Part shown: piece after piece, positions 53,819 through 64,000 of the stretch | Layout of the letters: each line of letters starts with the position of its first letter | How positions within the stretch are numbered: the first letter of the stretch is position 1 | From: Podarcis bocagei | Lineage: Eukaryota | Assembly: GCA_964188305.1 (NCBI GenBank) | Contig: OZ076894.1 | Length of the DNA: 64,000 nt | Reading direction: 5' to 3' (one strand) | Position numbers and translations under genes: made by a program | Notes under the pieces: model-generated | Database searches by the model: none | Seen by the model: the letters and a program-made list of their open reading frames with translations, nothing else | Told to the model about the DNA's origin: nothing

Positions 53819-53952
53819 CTGCTTAAGGCCAGAAAACATGAAGGCTTCACTGGGTTCCACTAACACTTCCACATCTTGAACAATATTGGTCTTATTTTGC
53901 AGGTGATATTTTACAGGTAAGGATTCTCTGACTCGACCAAACGAGGGCAAAT
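53819..53952 (-). CDS. TRAPPC11: TRAPPC11 internal exon ([45 protein letters not shown])
   Basis: 134 bp, AAG/GTATG boundaries. Confidence 0.94.
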
Positions 53953-54926
53953 CTTTGGAAAGAAAGTGTAACAGAAGTTACATGTATTTCAGCAAAAATA
54001 GCATTTATTGTTGCTTTCTCAACTTTGCAAGCATATATTAACACTATTTAGGGTTATATACCTCAGAAACCAAGAAGATTAAAAATGTACTAAACACAGG
54101 AGTAACCATGAAAACATTGTAGCTTCACGTAGGACTGACGAAAATACCAGTCTCTTTTTAGACACTGTTAAGTTGCTGAAGTGCTGCAAGGCAAATTCCA
54201 TCTGTCAGCAGTAAGTGAAAAGGGAAGGTTGTGCATTACAGTCTGGATTTTTAAAAAATGGAACTAGAGTAACCTATTTCAGTCTTTTGCTTTTATGAAA
54301 ATTCACATCTGTAACAAACGAATGGAGCATCACTTCTTTCCCCAGAAACATACAAAATGATGGAACATACAAAACATGCAAAATGATGCGCCATATCACC
54401 AGCAGCTTCATGGCCTAGCAAAGATTTGAACCCAGGATGTTCAGCCTGTCACACTCATTGGACAGGTTTGGGAGTCGGTCTGCTTTTGTATGTTTCTGGG
54501 TAAAGAAGTGATGTTCAAGAAATGGTGTGTCTTCTCATGGAAGTTTTCTTAAGATGGAAACAGGTGACAAGCAGAATTTGCATCTATCAATTGTGTGAAC
54601 TGTGATCTTTTTTTGCCTCTTATATTTTAGAAACTGGAGCGAGTTGTGGCAGCACAAAGGGTTGGATCTAAACTTAGTCATACTTACAGCAGACCTACTG
54701 AAATCAATAGGACTTATGACTAACTTAAATTGCATTGATTTTAGTGGATCTAATCCAAGTATGACAAAGTGGACCCAACCCAATCCTTAACATTTCATGG
54801 AGAAATGACTTTGTCCACAAACTACGTTAGTAAGCAACACTTTTGCAACACACCAGAATCTAATTTTGCACTGCGGTTTGAGAGCATCTGAGGTCGAGTA
54901 TGACTTTATGCATAAATTTACATTAC

Positions 54927-55018
54927 CTGCGTTAACATGGAGTGGGATACTTTCTGCAATAACGTGGGGGAGTGTGATCACAGTATTAACAACAGGTATG
55001 CTCTTCTCAGCTGTGCGC
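54927..55018 (-). CDS. TRAPPC11: TRAPPC11 internal exon ([30 protein letters not shown])
   Basis: 92 bp, AAG/GTAAT boundaries. Confidence 0.92.
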
Positions 55019-55510
55019 CTTTAAAAGAAAACAGAGATAAATATTTTAACACTACAAAAAAATCAGCAGTAAACGACTTCTTAATTTTCAGTTTAAAAGA
55101 TAAGAGGAAAGAGTTACAAGAAAATCAAATTATTAGAGGCATGGGATAAAAAGGGATCTAGGATCTAGGTGACAAAAACAGATTTGCACAATTCAGTGCT
55201 TTGCATAATAAGTCAAGATAAGTATTGTGAAGAATTATAAAGGTTATAAAACATGAACACCAAAATACAATAAGGGCAGATGGTTATGGGAACAGAAAAG
55301 CATAGGGACCTTGTTTTTCAGCTTTTCATTTTGCCAACAGCACTTTCTACTCAATGCAGATTATTTTTGTTTGCTTTAGGTTTTTTTAGGTTGTTGCAAT
55401 ACCTAGATATGAACTTAGAATATACAATGGCCATAAATTTTAGGGATGAGTGAAATACATAAAATAAATTTTGCAGAAAGATCTATGTTCCTGAATTTGA
55501 TAAAATACTA

Positions 55511-55730
55511 CAGTGGTACCTTGGTTCTCAAACTTAAATCTGTTCTGACTCCCGAAACCATTCAAAAACCAAGGTGCGGCTTCCGATTGGCTGCAGGAGC
55601 TTCCTGCACTCAAGTGGTAGCCGCATCGGACATCCGGCTTCCCAAAAACGTTTGCAAACCGCAACACTTACTTCCGGGTTTGCGGAGTTCGGGAGCTGAT
55701 TTGTTCGACAACTAAGCCGTTTGAGAACCA
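55511..55730 (+). mobile_element. Tigger-like MITE family B, right TIR truncated
   Basis: TA-CAGTGGTACCTTGG start; same core as 19224. Confidence 0.75.
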
Positions 55731-56596
55731 GTATTTGGATTCTGCCTAAAACTACAGCCTAGCTAGAATCCACAACCCCACATCTGCTACATGAAGCCTC
55801 TAAAGTGTTGGGTCTGAAGGTTTGCACCGTGGGCTCTTCACCACACTAGCAGAAGCATTCATGGCCACCTGGCGTTATGGGCACAGATTCAGCACATAAG
55901 CATATGAGGCTTATAGGCAGGCTTTGGTCTGCATGCTGTTAGTTACTCACACACAGGACTACACAGGCTGGGCAATGAGAAGAGCCCCATTCATGGCAGG
56001 CAGGCCAAAGCCTTTGCAGAGGCCTCAAGGCACCAGGTGGGTTGGGTCCTCAGAAGCCCAGCAAAACCTGATGAAGAGTTTCCCAAGCCCCCATCCCAGG
56101 TAAATTACAAAGTAGAGTCCACAATGTAAACTTAAGACTCCAGACAAAATTCTGCCTTGGGCAACATTCACTCCAAGCTCTTCTTTTCAGCAATATATTA
56201 TGAAAGTTGTTCCTACTGCATTCTGCTACAGAACTGGTTCCCTGAATGCTTTGTTTGTTTCACTAAGGAGCTGATAATGAAAAAACAAGCTCCTCGGCTG
56301 GGAGTGTGCCTTGAATAGTCAGAGAAATGCTGATCTGCCTTATCTGAACTCTCTAGATTCATGTGTTCAAAATTTGTGTGAATGGGTTTCTTCAGCAGCC
56401 CTCTGCCTGGGGTATCTGTGTGAATGTTTTTCCACAGTCTATTTCACCCCTGCTATTTTAAAGGACTACTGTTGGATCTGGCTAAAAGATACAATATTAG
56501 ATAGCCAAGGCTTCTCTCGGTTATGCCGAAATTGTATGCCAGAAGGCTTGAACTGTGATAATGCTTATTGATATTCATCAATAAGGAAGAAATATA

Positions 56597-56838
56597 CAGT
56601 GGTACCTCAGGTTACATACGCTTCAGGTTACATACACTTCAGGTTACAGACTACGCTAACCCAGAAATAATACCTCAGGTTAAGAACTTTGCTTCAGGAT
56701 GAGAACAGAAATTATGCTCCAACGGCACGGCAGCAGTGGGAGGCCCCATTAGCTAAAGTGATGCTTCAGGTTAAGAACAGTTTCAGGTTAAGAACAGACC
56801 TCCGGAATGAATTAAGTACTTAACCCAAGGTATCACTG
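56597..56838 (+). mobile_element. Tigger-like MITE family A
   Basis: Same TIR and TA TSD; 49 bp from a TRAPPC11 exon boundary. Confidence 0.88.
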
Positions 56839-56887
56839 TACAAGACTAACCTATGGGATATTTGAAGAGGTAGATGGGAATATTTAC

Positions 56888-56999
56888 CTTTTCCAGGAAA
56901 TTACATAACTTCCAGTAGCCACTCCACTTTGACCAGTAGGAAGTGATGGACAACGAAGGCAAAAACATTCACTAGCACTTTCACCTGTCTGTAAAACAA
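56888..56999 (-). CDS. TRAPPC11: TRAPPC11 internal exon ([36 protein letters not shown])
   Basis: 112 bp, TAG/GTAAA boundaries. Confidence 0.92.
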
Positions 57000-57605
57000 C
57001 TATCAGAAAAGTCAGGTTCAGTCTAAAGTTTCTCAGATACAGAAATCATTATGAATGTTTTATATGACCATACTCTATATTTACATACAAGTAAGTGTAG
57101 CAAACATTAATATATGAAGACTATAAAGAACACAAGCATATGCACAGAACACTTTCACTTTTTCCTGTGAAAAACACTTTCCAGCAAAAAGCAGAGGAAC
57201 CAAATCACATAAAGACAGAAGGAGCAGTCATTTAATGACAAAAGGTAGGCTTATATTTAATCAAATATCTGCAGAGTCAAACAGGACTTGGTGGGCCTTA
57301 ACCATCTCTGCAATGTTACTTTATTGTAAAAGTGCAGACATTTCACTGTGCAGCAACTATGACAAAATGTTGATTGTGGTGGAGGAAATGCAGAAAGAGT
57401 ACATTTGCAAGGGAGTCAAATTAATCTCCAGGTTTTGCTTTTTGAGAAAAGCTTACTAACTCTATGCAATATAAGTCAAAATAATCCTATTTAAATAAAA
57501 TAAAAACACATACTGTATGCCTGGCGTAATGCAGTAACAATCAATGGGTTTCTTCCCAAACAACATCCCAGAAGGGTGCTTAAGAATACACAGGAAGGTT
57601 CTCAC

Positions 57606-57762
57606 CATTCTCCACATAAGATTCTAGATGATCCACAGGCATCATGGAAGGAGAAAGCTGCAGCTGGCTGGTTACAATAGTGAGAGCCCAAGGAGAAGCA
57701 CTGAGGATGTCTGTCATCAACAAAAATGGGATGTCCAAAAATACTTTATCTAAATGCTCAAA
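57606..57762 (-). CDS. TRAPPC11: TRAPPC11 internal exon ([52 protein letters not shown])
   Basis: 157 bp, CAG/GTGAG boundaries; 88-bp intron to the previous exon. Confidence 0.93.
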
Positions 57763-57850
57763 CTGGCAGGAAGAGAAACAAAAGGTGGGTCATTTTATTG
57801 TTCATACTGTCTGTCCAGGCAATGTTTTCAACCAGGTTTTAGTAACGTAC

Positions 57851-57916
57851 CTTAGCTGAGACAAACTTAACAGCTACCTCAAATGGAAATACCGTCTCCA
57901 CAGTAACTGTTTCATC
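57851..57916 (-). CDS. TRAPPC11: TRAPPC11 internal exon (DETVTVETVFPFEVAVKFVSAK)
   Basis: 66 bp, CAG/GTACG boundaries. Confidence 0.92.
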
Positions 57917-59116
57917 CTGCATAAAAGAGAAACCCTAAATCATCCTCCAGTTTCAATTTTCATAGCCCAACATCCAAAAAGTAGCAAAAGCTTTATCATT
58001 CTTCTGCAACTCATGCAAACAGTAACTCCTCCATCTATAGGTACTCTAAAAAACCTCCTCCTATATCAGAGAAGGAAAAATTTCCAAATATAGTTTGATC
58101 TTATCCATACTCAGTGTGTGTGTGTGTGTGTGTAAAATGGTACTGACCAGTACACAGCACCACCACCTCTTTTTTCGTTAACCCTGGAAGCCATCATGTG
58201 CTAGCACCAATGACACATTTATCAAGATAACGAGTACCAGCATCTTACTTTTTACCAAAAAAAAGAGGCATGGTCAATACTAGTAACTACTGTCTCAAAT
58301 TAGTTGCATTCTTAAAACACACATTATTAAAACCAATTATAGTCTTTCATCCCACTGGTCCTATTATTTCAGCACCAGACTCATTTGGCACCTCCCAATT
58401 ATGCTCAGGTCTGCACAAGTCATCACTCACTAAGCTGAACTCATGCACAGCAGCTGATTAGCGGCTCAATACACTTCCTGGTTTCGCTGCCTGCCAGAAT
58501 GCAAAAGTTGAGGGACACATGCGGCTACATTCAGCTTAGTTGGTTACAAGGTGTGCAGACTAGCGCTAGATGGAGATAAACATTCTCTTGAGTTGAAGGA
58601 GACTGTTGCATGTTGAGGACCTGGGTGTTCACCATCCTAGCTATTTCCTGACACCTCTTAAGTTTGCCTTCTTTCAGTTATAGAATGGTACACCCATTCT
58701 TCCTCTGGCCATCTTGTCAGAGGAATGACTACTTTTATCACTGATAGCCAAGCTTATCACAGTGGATAATGAAGAAACGTCTCTCTTAATATGCATTTCT
58801 GCTTGACCACATTATAAAAAAGCCAATTTATCTTTATTTATATATTATAAACATATTCCATTTCATGATACTGTTTATACATTTATAATGTCCTACTTCA
58901 TTTCAATTTATTGATGCTGTAATAAAAACAACAGAAACAAAAAAATAAGAATTAAAAAGATTACATTTGTCAAACCATCCATGCATAATGGATTCCAATA
59001 GAACTTATGCATGTAGTCTGCATGCTTAGGAAACCCTAGACTTTAAGCTAGTCATGCGCACAAGGATACACTTGGAGAATCTAAGAAAAAACCAACTGCC
59101 AACCAGTCCAACATAC

Positions 59117-59236
59117 CCTGTGACATTTGCAGATAATCTCTTTTCCCTCAATGGTCGCACTCACTAGGTAGGAAACATATACAAGAAACATCCTAGCACC
59201 AACTGTTCCACAGTGAATATATAAGGTCTTCTCCAG
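59117..59236 (-). CDS. TRAPPC11: TRAPPC11 internal exon ([40 protein letters not shown])
   Basis: 120 bp, AAG/GTATG boundaries. Confidence 0.93.
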
Positions 59237-59720
59237 CTTTACAACAATCAGGGGGAGAAAGAGGGAGGGAGGGAGAAAAAGTGATTAGACAAAACAAATA
59301 CCGAAGACCTCTAAGTACAATATGCAGAAGTCTTATTTTAAAGCATCATCACATTCAAAAACATTTCTAGGACTATCTCAACTATGTGTGCATATGAAAC
59401 CAAGAGAAACATTTTGTGTTCCTAGGTTGCTTCGTGTTTTACTTTGGAAAAACAAGTGGTTGTGGTTTGTACTGTGTGCAAATATAATGCTTGAGCAAAT
59501 TCTGAATTCTGAAAGAGTTTCCCTCCTTACTGTCCCATATGTATAGTGGCACAGATCCAAAGAAATATCATAATCCTGAACTTCTATTGGAGTGAAAAGG
59601 GAATTGAACTGTAATCAATCTTCTTTGGATTGGGGCCTATATCTCAGAGGTACTCATGTGCAACATAATTCCATCACTGCTTTTTAACACTTATAATACT
59701 TGTTACACTGACATATTTAC

Positions 59721-59842
59721 CTTTTCACCTGGTTGCAAGTCTCCTACAGGGATATCAGTAAGTAAAGCAGGATAGGAATCATCACACATTTCTGTTCCAT
59801 TTAGAGTCACATGAGTTTTTTGAGTCAGGTTTGCATCTTGGC
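59721..59842 (-). CDS. TRAPPC11: TRAPPC11 internal exon ([41 protein letters not shown])
   Basis: 122 bp, TAG/GTAAA boundaries. Confidence 0.93.
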
Positions 59843-60377
59843 CTAAAATAAGGGGGTAGTAGATTGTCATATTTCTTAGGTTTACAATAGCAACAACTAG
59901 GAAAGATTTTAAGTTACTTGTATTACGAAATTGCAGTCAATATGAACTTTACGCAGCACTGATCTTATGCGAAGTTAAGTTCTTCAGAACCACATTGGCC
60001 CAGTTCACATAAAAGATTGTCGTGGAGCTGATTTGTGAACCTTGAGCTTGAACATCCTGTCGCAAACCCAGCAAGACTACAAGGAGGATGGAAACTTCTG
60101 CTTCCATTTTAGATTAATCCTATTTTAGCATTACATCTGAATCCTAAACTGTGGTTAAGATTAACAATTGTTTGCTGAAAGCTTCTTAAGTTACACTTTG
60201 AAGTCAGCTTGCTGAAAAAGACCTGTGTTTGGCTGTCTTCCAGCACCAATCCAAATTGTCTATAGCTATTTATTTGTCATAACAGTACAGGAGAAGGGAG
60301 TGATTTAATCCTTTCCATAATAAGTCCATCACTCTCTATAGGAAATGGGAGCAAGTACCACGGCACGTAACAAATAC

Positions 60378-60526
60378 CTGGTTTTAAGCCTGCTGTGAGC
60401 TTTACATCTTTGGCAACAGTCTTCTCGTGTGACTGAATTGTCACAACCAAACAGTACATTTCGTTTGTCAGGGCAGGAGGTTCGTGACTTAGCTGTACAG
60501 AAATATTTGGCACTCTGGAAATGACC
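60378..60526 (-). CDS. TRAPPC11: TRAPPC11 internal exon ([49 protein letters not shown])
   Basis: 149 bp, AAG/GTAT boundaries, phases 2 and 1 fit the neighbours. Confidence 0.94.
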
Positions 60527-60860
60527 CTTTAATAAAAACAAGAGAAAGATCAACTGCCTGCTACCTCTCAACATTCTTATGTCCTGTTCTTATCCGCTCC
60601 TCTAGCTGCCACAGCACAAGCCTCTGCTTGCACCACAGCAGCAGCATTCTATGCAAGGCAAACAGTTGAGTTTTGTTCCACATGCCTTTCAAATCCCCTC
60701 ATATCCTCTCTTCTCGCCACATACTTCTGCAATGTCACAAATGTGCACTAATGCTAAATGCACTACTATTAGCTGCCCAGCACAACACATACTCAGGCAC
60801 TTCTCTATACTATTTTCATTACCACCGTTTCCATTTTACAAATGGGAAGAAGAGAGGGAA

Positions 60861-60990
60861 NNNNNNNNNNNNNNNNNNNNNNNNNNNNNNNNNNNNNNNN
60901 NNNNNNNNNNNNNNNNNNNNNNNNNNNNNNNNNNNNNNNNNNNNNNNNNNNNNNNNNNNNNNNNNNNNNNNNNNNNNNNNNNNNNNNNNN
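60861..60990. other. Assembly gap (130 N)
   Basis: Run of N. Confidence 1.
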
Positions 60991-61328
60991 TGGGTTAAAC
61001 CACAGAACCTAGGACTTGCTGATCAGAAGGTCGGCGGTTCGAATCCCCGCAACGGGGTGAGCTCCCATTGCTCGGTCCCTGCTCCTGCCCACCTAGCAGT
61101 TCGAAAGCACGTCAAAGTGCAAGTAGATAGAATAGGTACCACTTCAGTGGGAAGGTAAACAGCGTTTCTGTGTGCTGCTCTGGTTCACAAGAAGTGGCTT
61201 AGTCATGCTGGCCACATGACCCGGAAGCTGTACGCCAGATCCCTTGGACAGTAAAGTGAGATGAGCGCCGCAACCCCAGAGTCGGCCACGACTGGACCTA
61301 ATGGTCAGGGGTCCCTTTACCTTTACCT

Positions 61329-61330
<2 letters not shown>
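60991..61330 (+). mobile_element. Sauria SINE
   Basis: tRNA-like head with B box GGTTCGAATCC, internal CATGCTGGCCACATGACC, and (ACCTTT)n tail; 5' end hidden by the N gap. Confidence 0.88.

Positions 61331-61331
<1 letters not shown>

Positions 61332-61377
<46 letters not shown>
61332..61377. repeat. (AC)n microsatellite at the Sauria SINE tail
   Basis: Direct read. Confidence 0.95.
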
Positions 61378-61379
<2 letters not shown>

Positions 61380-61453
61380 CCTCCCTCTAAGACACCAGAC
61401 CATTCTATGTATCCATTAAACATTTGCCATTGCACATGCCGATTCCCACTTAC

Positions 61454-61641
61454 ATGGTGCTCGTCTGAACTGCAAGGCTATCCCAATGAACCTCATTATC
61501 TGGAAGTTTAGGTCGCCTTTTGAAGGAACGAGCTGCAAGCAATGCTTCTTGAGAAGAAGCAGCATCTCCCCCTCCTCCATGCCAGTTCAAAATCAAACAC
61601 CGGCCGTTCTCACCACCCAGAATCAAATCCACTGATGTGAT
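61454..61641 (-). CDS. TRAPPC11: TRAPPC11 internal exon ([62 protein letters not shown])
   Basis: 188 bp, CAG/GTAAGT boundaries; conserved [13 protein letters not shown] motif. Confidence 0.95.
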
Positions 61642-62278
61642 CTGGAAGAGAGACAAATACCACTGGGACTTTTCCACTCCAGTCCATGTAACATATGCCA
61701 TGACACATACAATATTCACCCAGAACCATACTAATATAAAATTCACATTACCAGTGCCACCTCCTTCTCTATGAAATTATGCTGGGGCAAATCAATATTC
61801 TGAACTGTCTGTGCATAAATCAGTCTGCCCCTTTGGACATAAAAATCTCCAGCATCAGAATTTTACAATTATGTGTGGATCTATTTTCAATATATACCAC
61901 CTTTACTGGAAACTTTGTTCAGAAGTCAATTCAAAAGGACTTGTCCCACTACAATCTATACGTGCACAGGATTGTGATCTTAGGATTCCTGGGTTTTCTA
62001 GAAAATACTTCAAGTCTGCCATGTCCCCTTTCTACCAATGCTGCAATTTTGGCCTTCTGAATAATGCAATGCCCTGCAGAGTCCCATCTGGTGCAGTGCT
62101 GCAGCACAGCTCAAAATGTTCTACTAGTGCAAAGGCCTTGGGCATCTAATTCTATCTCCTGTTTGTTAAAACAGTACTCCCTTGGATTAGTCTGTTAGTG
62201 TTAACAAACTCCTGAACTATAATCAACCTGTCACCGAGCTTTTTAATGTATTGTTTTGAATATTAGTTAACGGCTTAC

Positions 62279-62431
62279 CTCAATCTTCTTTCCCACATCT
62301 TCAGTCTTTGCCACAAATTTGAAAGTGAACTTCTTTGTCTTACCAGGGATAAGACACAATGTCCCCTGGCTGGGTGGTTCCATGTCACTTTTTTGATAGG
62401 CTTCTTCCACCACACAATATTGGTTGTATTC
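62279..62431 (-). CDS. TRAPPC11: TRAPPC11 internal exon ([12 protein letters not shown]...[13 protein letters not shown])
   Basis: 153 bp, AG/GTAAG boundaries, in phase with neighbours; read by hand, not in the ORF track in this frame. Confidence 0.92.
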
Positions 62432-62621
62432 CTATAGCCAAAGAAATAAGTGGGCAGGTTTTCAAAAATAGCATCACTACAAGAGTAGAATATTATACCA
62501 AATCTCATTTGCTGGGATTACTGTTTTGCCCCCCCAACCCTTTTAGAGCTAAATAAAAGTTACACATACTATGCACTTCATGTCAAAGCAGCAACAGAAA
62601 ATACTCACAGATAAATATATA

Positions 62622-62871
62622 CAGTCGTACCTTGGAAGTTGAACGGAGTCCATTCTGGAAGTATGTTCGACTTTCAAAATGTTTGAAAACCAAAGCACAG
62701 CTTCTGATTGGCTGCAGGAAGTTCCTGCAGCTAACTGGAAACCGTGGAAGCTGCGTCGGATGTTCGGCTTCTAAAAATAGTTCACAAACCAGAACACTCA
62801 CTTCCAGGTTTGCAGTGTTCGGGAGCCAAAACGTTTGAGAACTAAGCTGCTCAAAAACCAAGGTACGACTG
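62622..62871 (+). mobile_element. Tigger-like MITE family B
   Basis: TIR CAGTCGTACCTTGG / CCAAGGTACGACTG, TA TSD. Confidence 0.82.
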
Positions 62872-63330
62872 TATGTTGAAAAAGAACTATCAATAGCATT
62901 TTGAAGCTGAATTCAAAGTGGAGGTTCATACCACCATATTTCCCAAAGCACTGGATGAGAAAAGTTCAAGGAAAGATTTGTAATTTATACAGCAATCCTG
63001 GGTACTAGAGGGTACATCCCAGTGAACTTCCAAGTACAGAGAAACAGGATTGCACTGCAAGTGGTTTAACTGGTTACTTGGGATAGCCAACACGGTGCCT
63101 TCCTGATATTGTTGGAACCACCATTAAATCAGTTCTGTACTTACAGGGATCACTACCTATACAGAAATAAAGATGCAGATTCTAAAAAAGAAAAAAATTA
63201 AGTGGTAAAGGAAGTACTGACATATTGTAGTATTAAAATGGTTAGCAGAAGGCAAATCTTATCCACTGCCTATCAAGAAGGTATTAACCTTCCTCAAAAG
63301 CAAAGCAAGTTTTGTTGTTTGTTTAATTAC

Positions 63331-63461
63331 CTGATTATTGAAGCTAACACACAGCTTAGAAAACCGGATAGGATGTGGACAATCAGCTTTCAAGCATATG
63401 TCAAACTGAACTGGTGTATCAACGTGAAAACTTGGAGCAAGAAACTTGGCTTTGCACTGCA
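63331..63461 (-). CDS. TRAPPC11: TRAPPC11 internal exon ([44 protein letters not shown])
   Basis: 131 bp; polypyrimidine tract and AG acceptor at 63463-63462; GTAAT donor; peptide matches TRAPPC11. Confidence 0.93.
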
Positions 63462-64000
63462 CTAGAGTTTGGAGCAAAAAAAAAAAAAAAAAAGACAAGA
63501 AACACAGCATTAAGTATGACTGTCATATTTCACAGAAGACCAATGGTAGTTCAGTTAAGTGGGGTCTTCTTTTCTTTCTTGCCCTAGCTGTAGGCAGAGC
63601 TTCTTCTGATTTTCTACTGCCTTCACTTATCTTCAATCAAGTACAAACAAGATGTATCATAATATATCCATTATATATTAGGGTGTGCACAGAAAAAATA
63701 GAATATGCCTTAGCTCAGCCCAACATCATGTTTCACCATGAATTCAAAGTGGAGGTTCACATCGCCATATTTCCCAAAGCATTGGATAGATTCTTCCTTG
63801 ACTACAATAGAAAAATGCCTTTAACTCAAGTTTCTTTTTGGCAGTATTGGATTAAATTTACAGGCATAGTAATCATTCTGATGAGATGAAGCCTGCAAAA
63901 TTTATGACAAGCTGCAAGTTTTTTGTGTGTGCTATGCTATGCGTCTGTGTGATTTTTATTTGATACAGTTCCCTGTGGCAACTGGAATGAACGTGACATA

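Noticed and set aside
54659-54781. Degenerate palindromes (also about 34668-34751, 38424-38516, 2963-3555) as ncRNA genes
   Set aside because: They look like decayed hairpin-type DNA-transposon relics; the family cannot be assigned and nothing supports an RNA gene.
61010-61060. tRNA gene (GGTTCGAATCC)
   Set aside because: It is the tRNA-derived head of a Sauria SINE; no complete cloverleaf.
63446-63889. 147-aa plus-strand ORF
   Set aside because: Antisense to a TRAPPC11 intron; the poly-K run is just the acceptor's polypyrimidine tract.

Overview
Vertebrate genomic DNA from a squamate reptile, probably a lacertid lizard (Sauria SINEs and a typical lizard repeat set). Two genes lie on the minus strand. 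(1) The last 13 coding exons of TRAPPC11 (63461 down to the stop at 50349), all with AG/GT boundaries and matching phases. (2) The CpG-island first coding exon of the long STOX2 isoform (40810-40336), so 1-40335 is STOX2 intron. The rest is repeat-rich: hAT and Tc1/mariner-pogo MITEs with readable TSDs, L2 and RTE fragments, a Penelope-type perfect palindrome with hammerhead cores, and a 2-kb internally deleted L1 with a 16-bp TSD. The most striking item is a non-autonomous hAT element (28972-30429, perfect 15-bp TIRs, 8-bp TSD GTCTAGGT). It carries a 70-codon fragment of CDK5R2 (p39) plus a tandem E-box/NF-kB/CCAAT cassette. A sister element with the same ends but different GC-rich cargo sits at 23134-23619, suggesting a gene-capturing 'Pack-hAT' family. 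Gene identities come from recalled protein sequences, not a database search.
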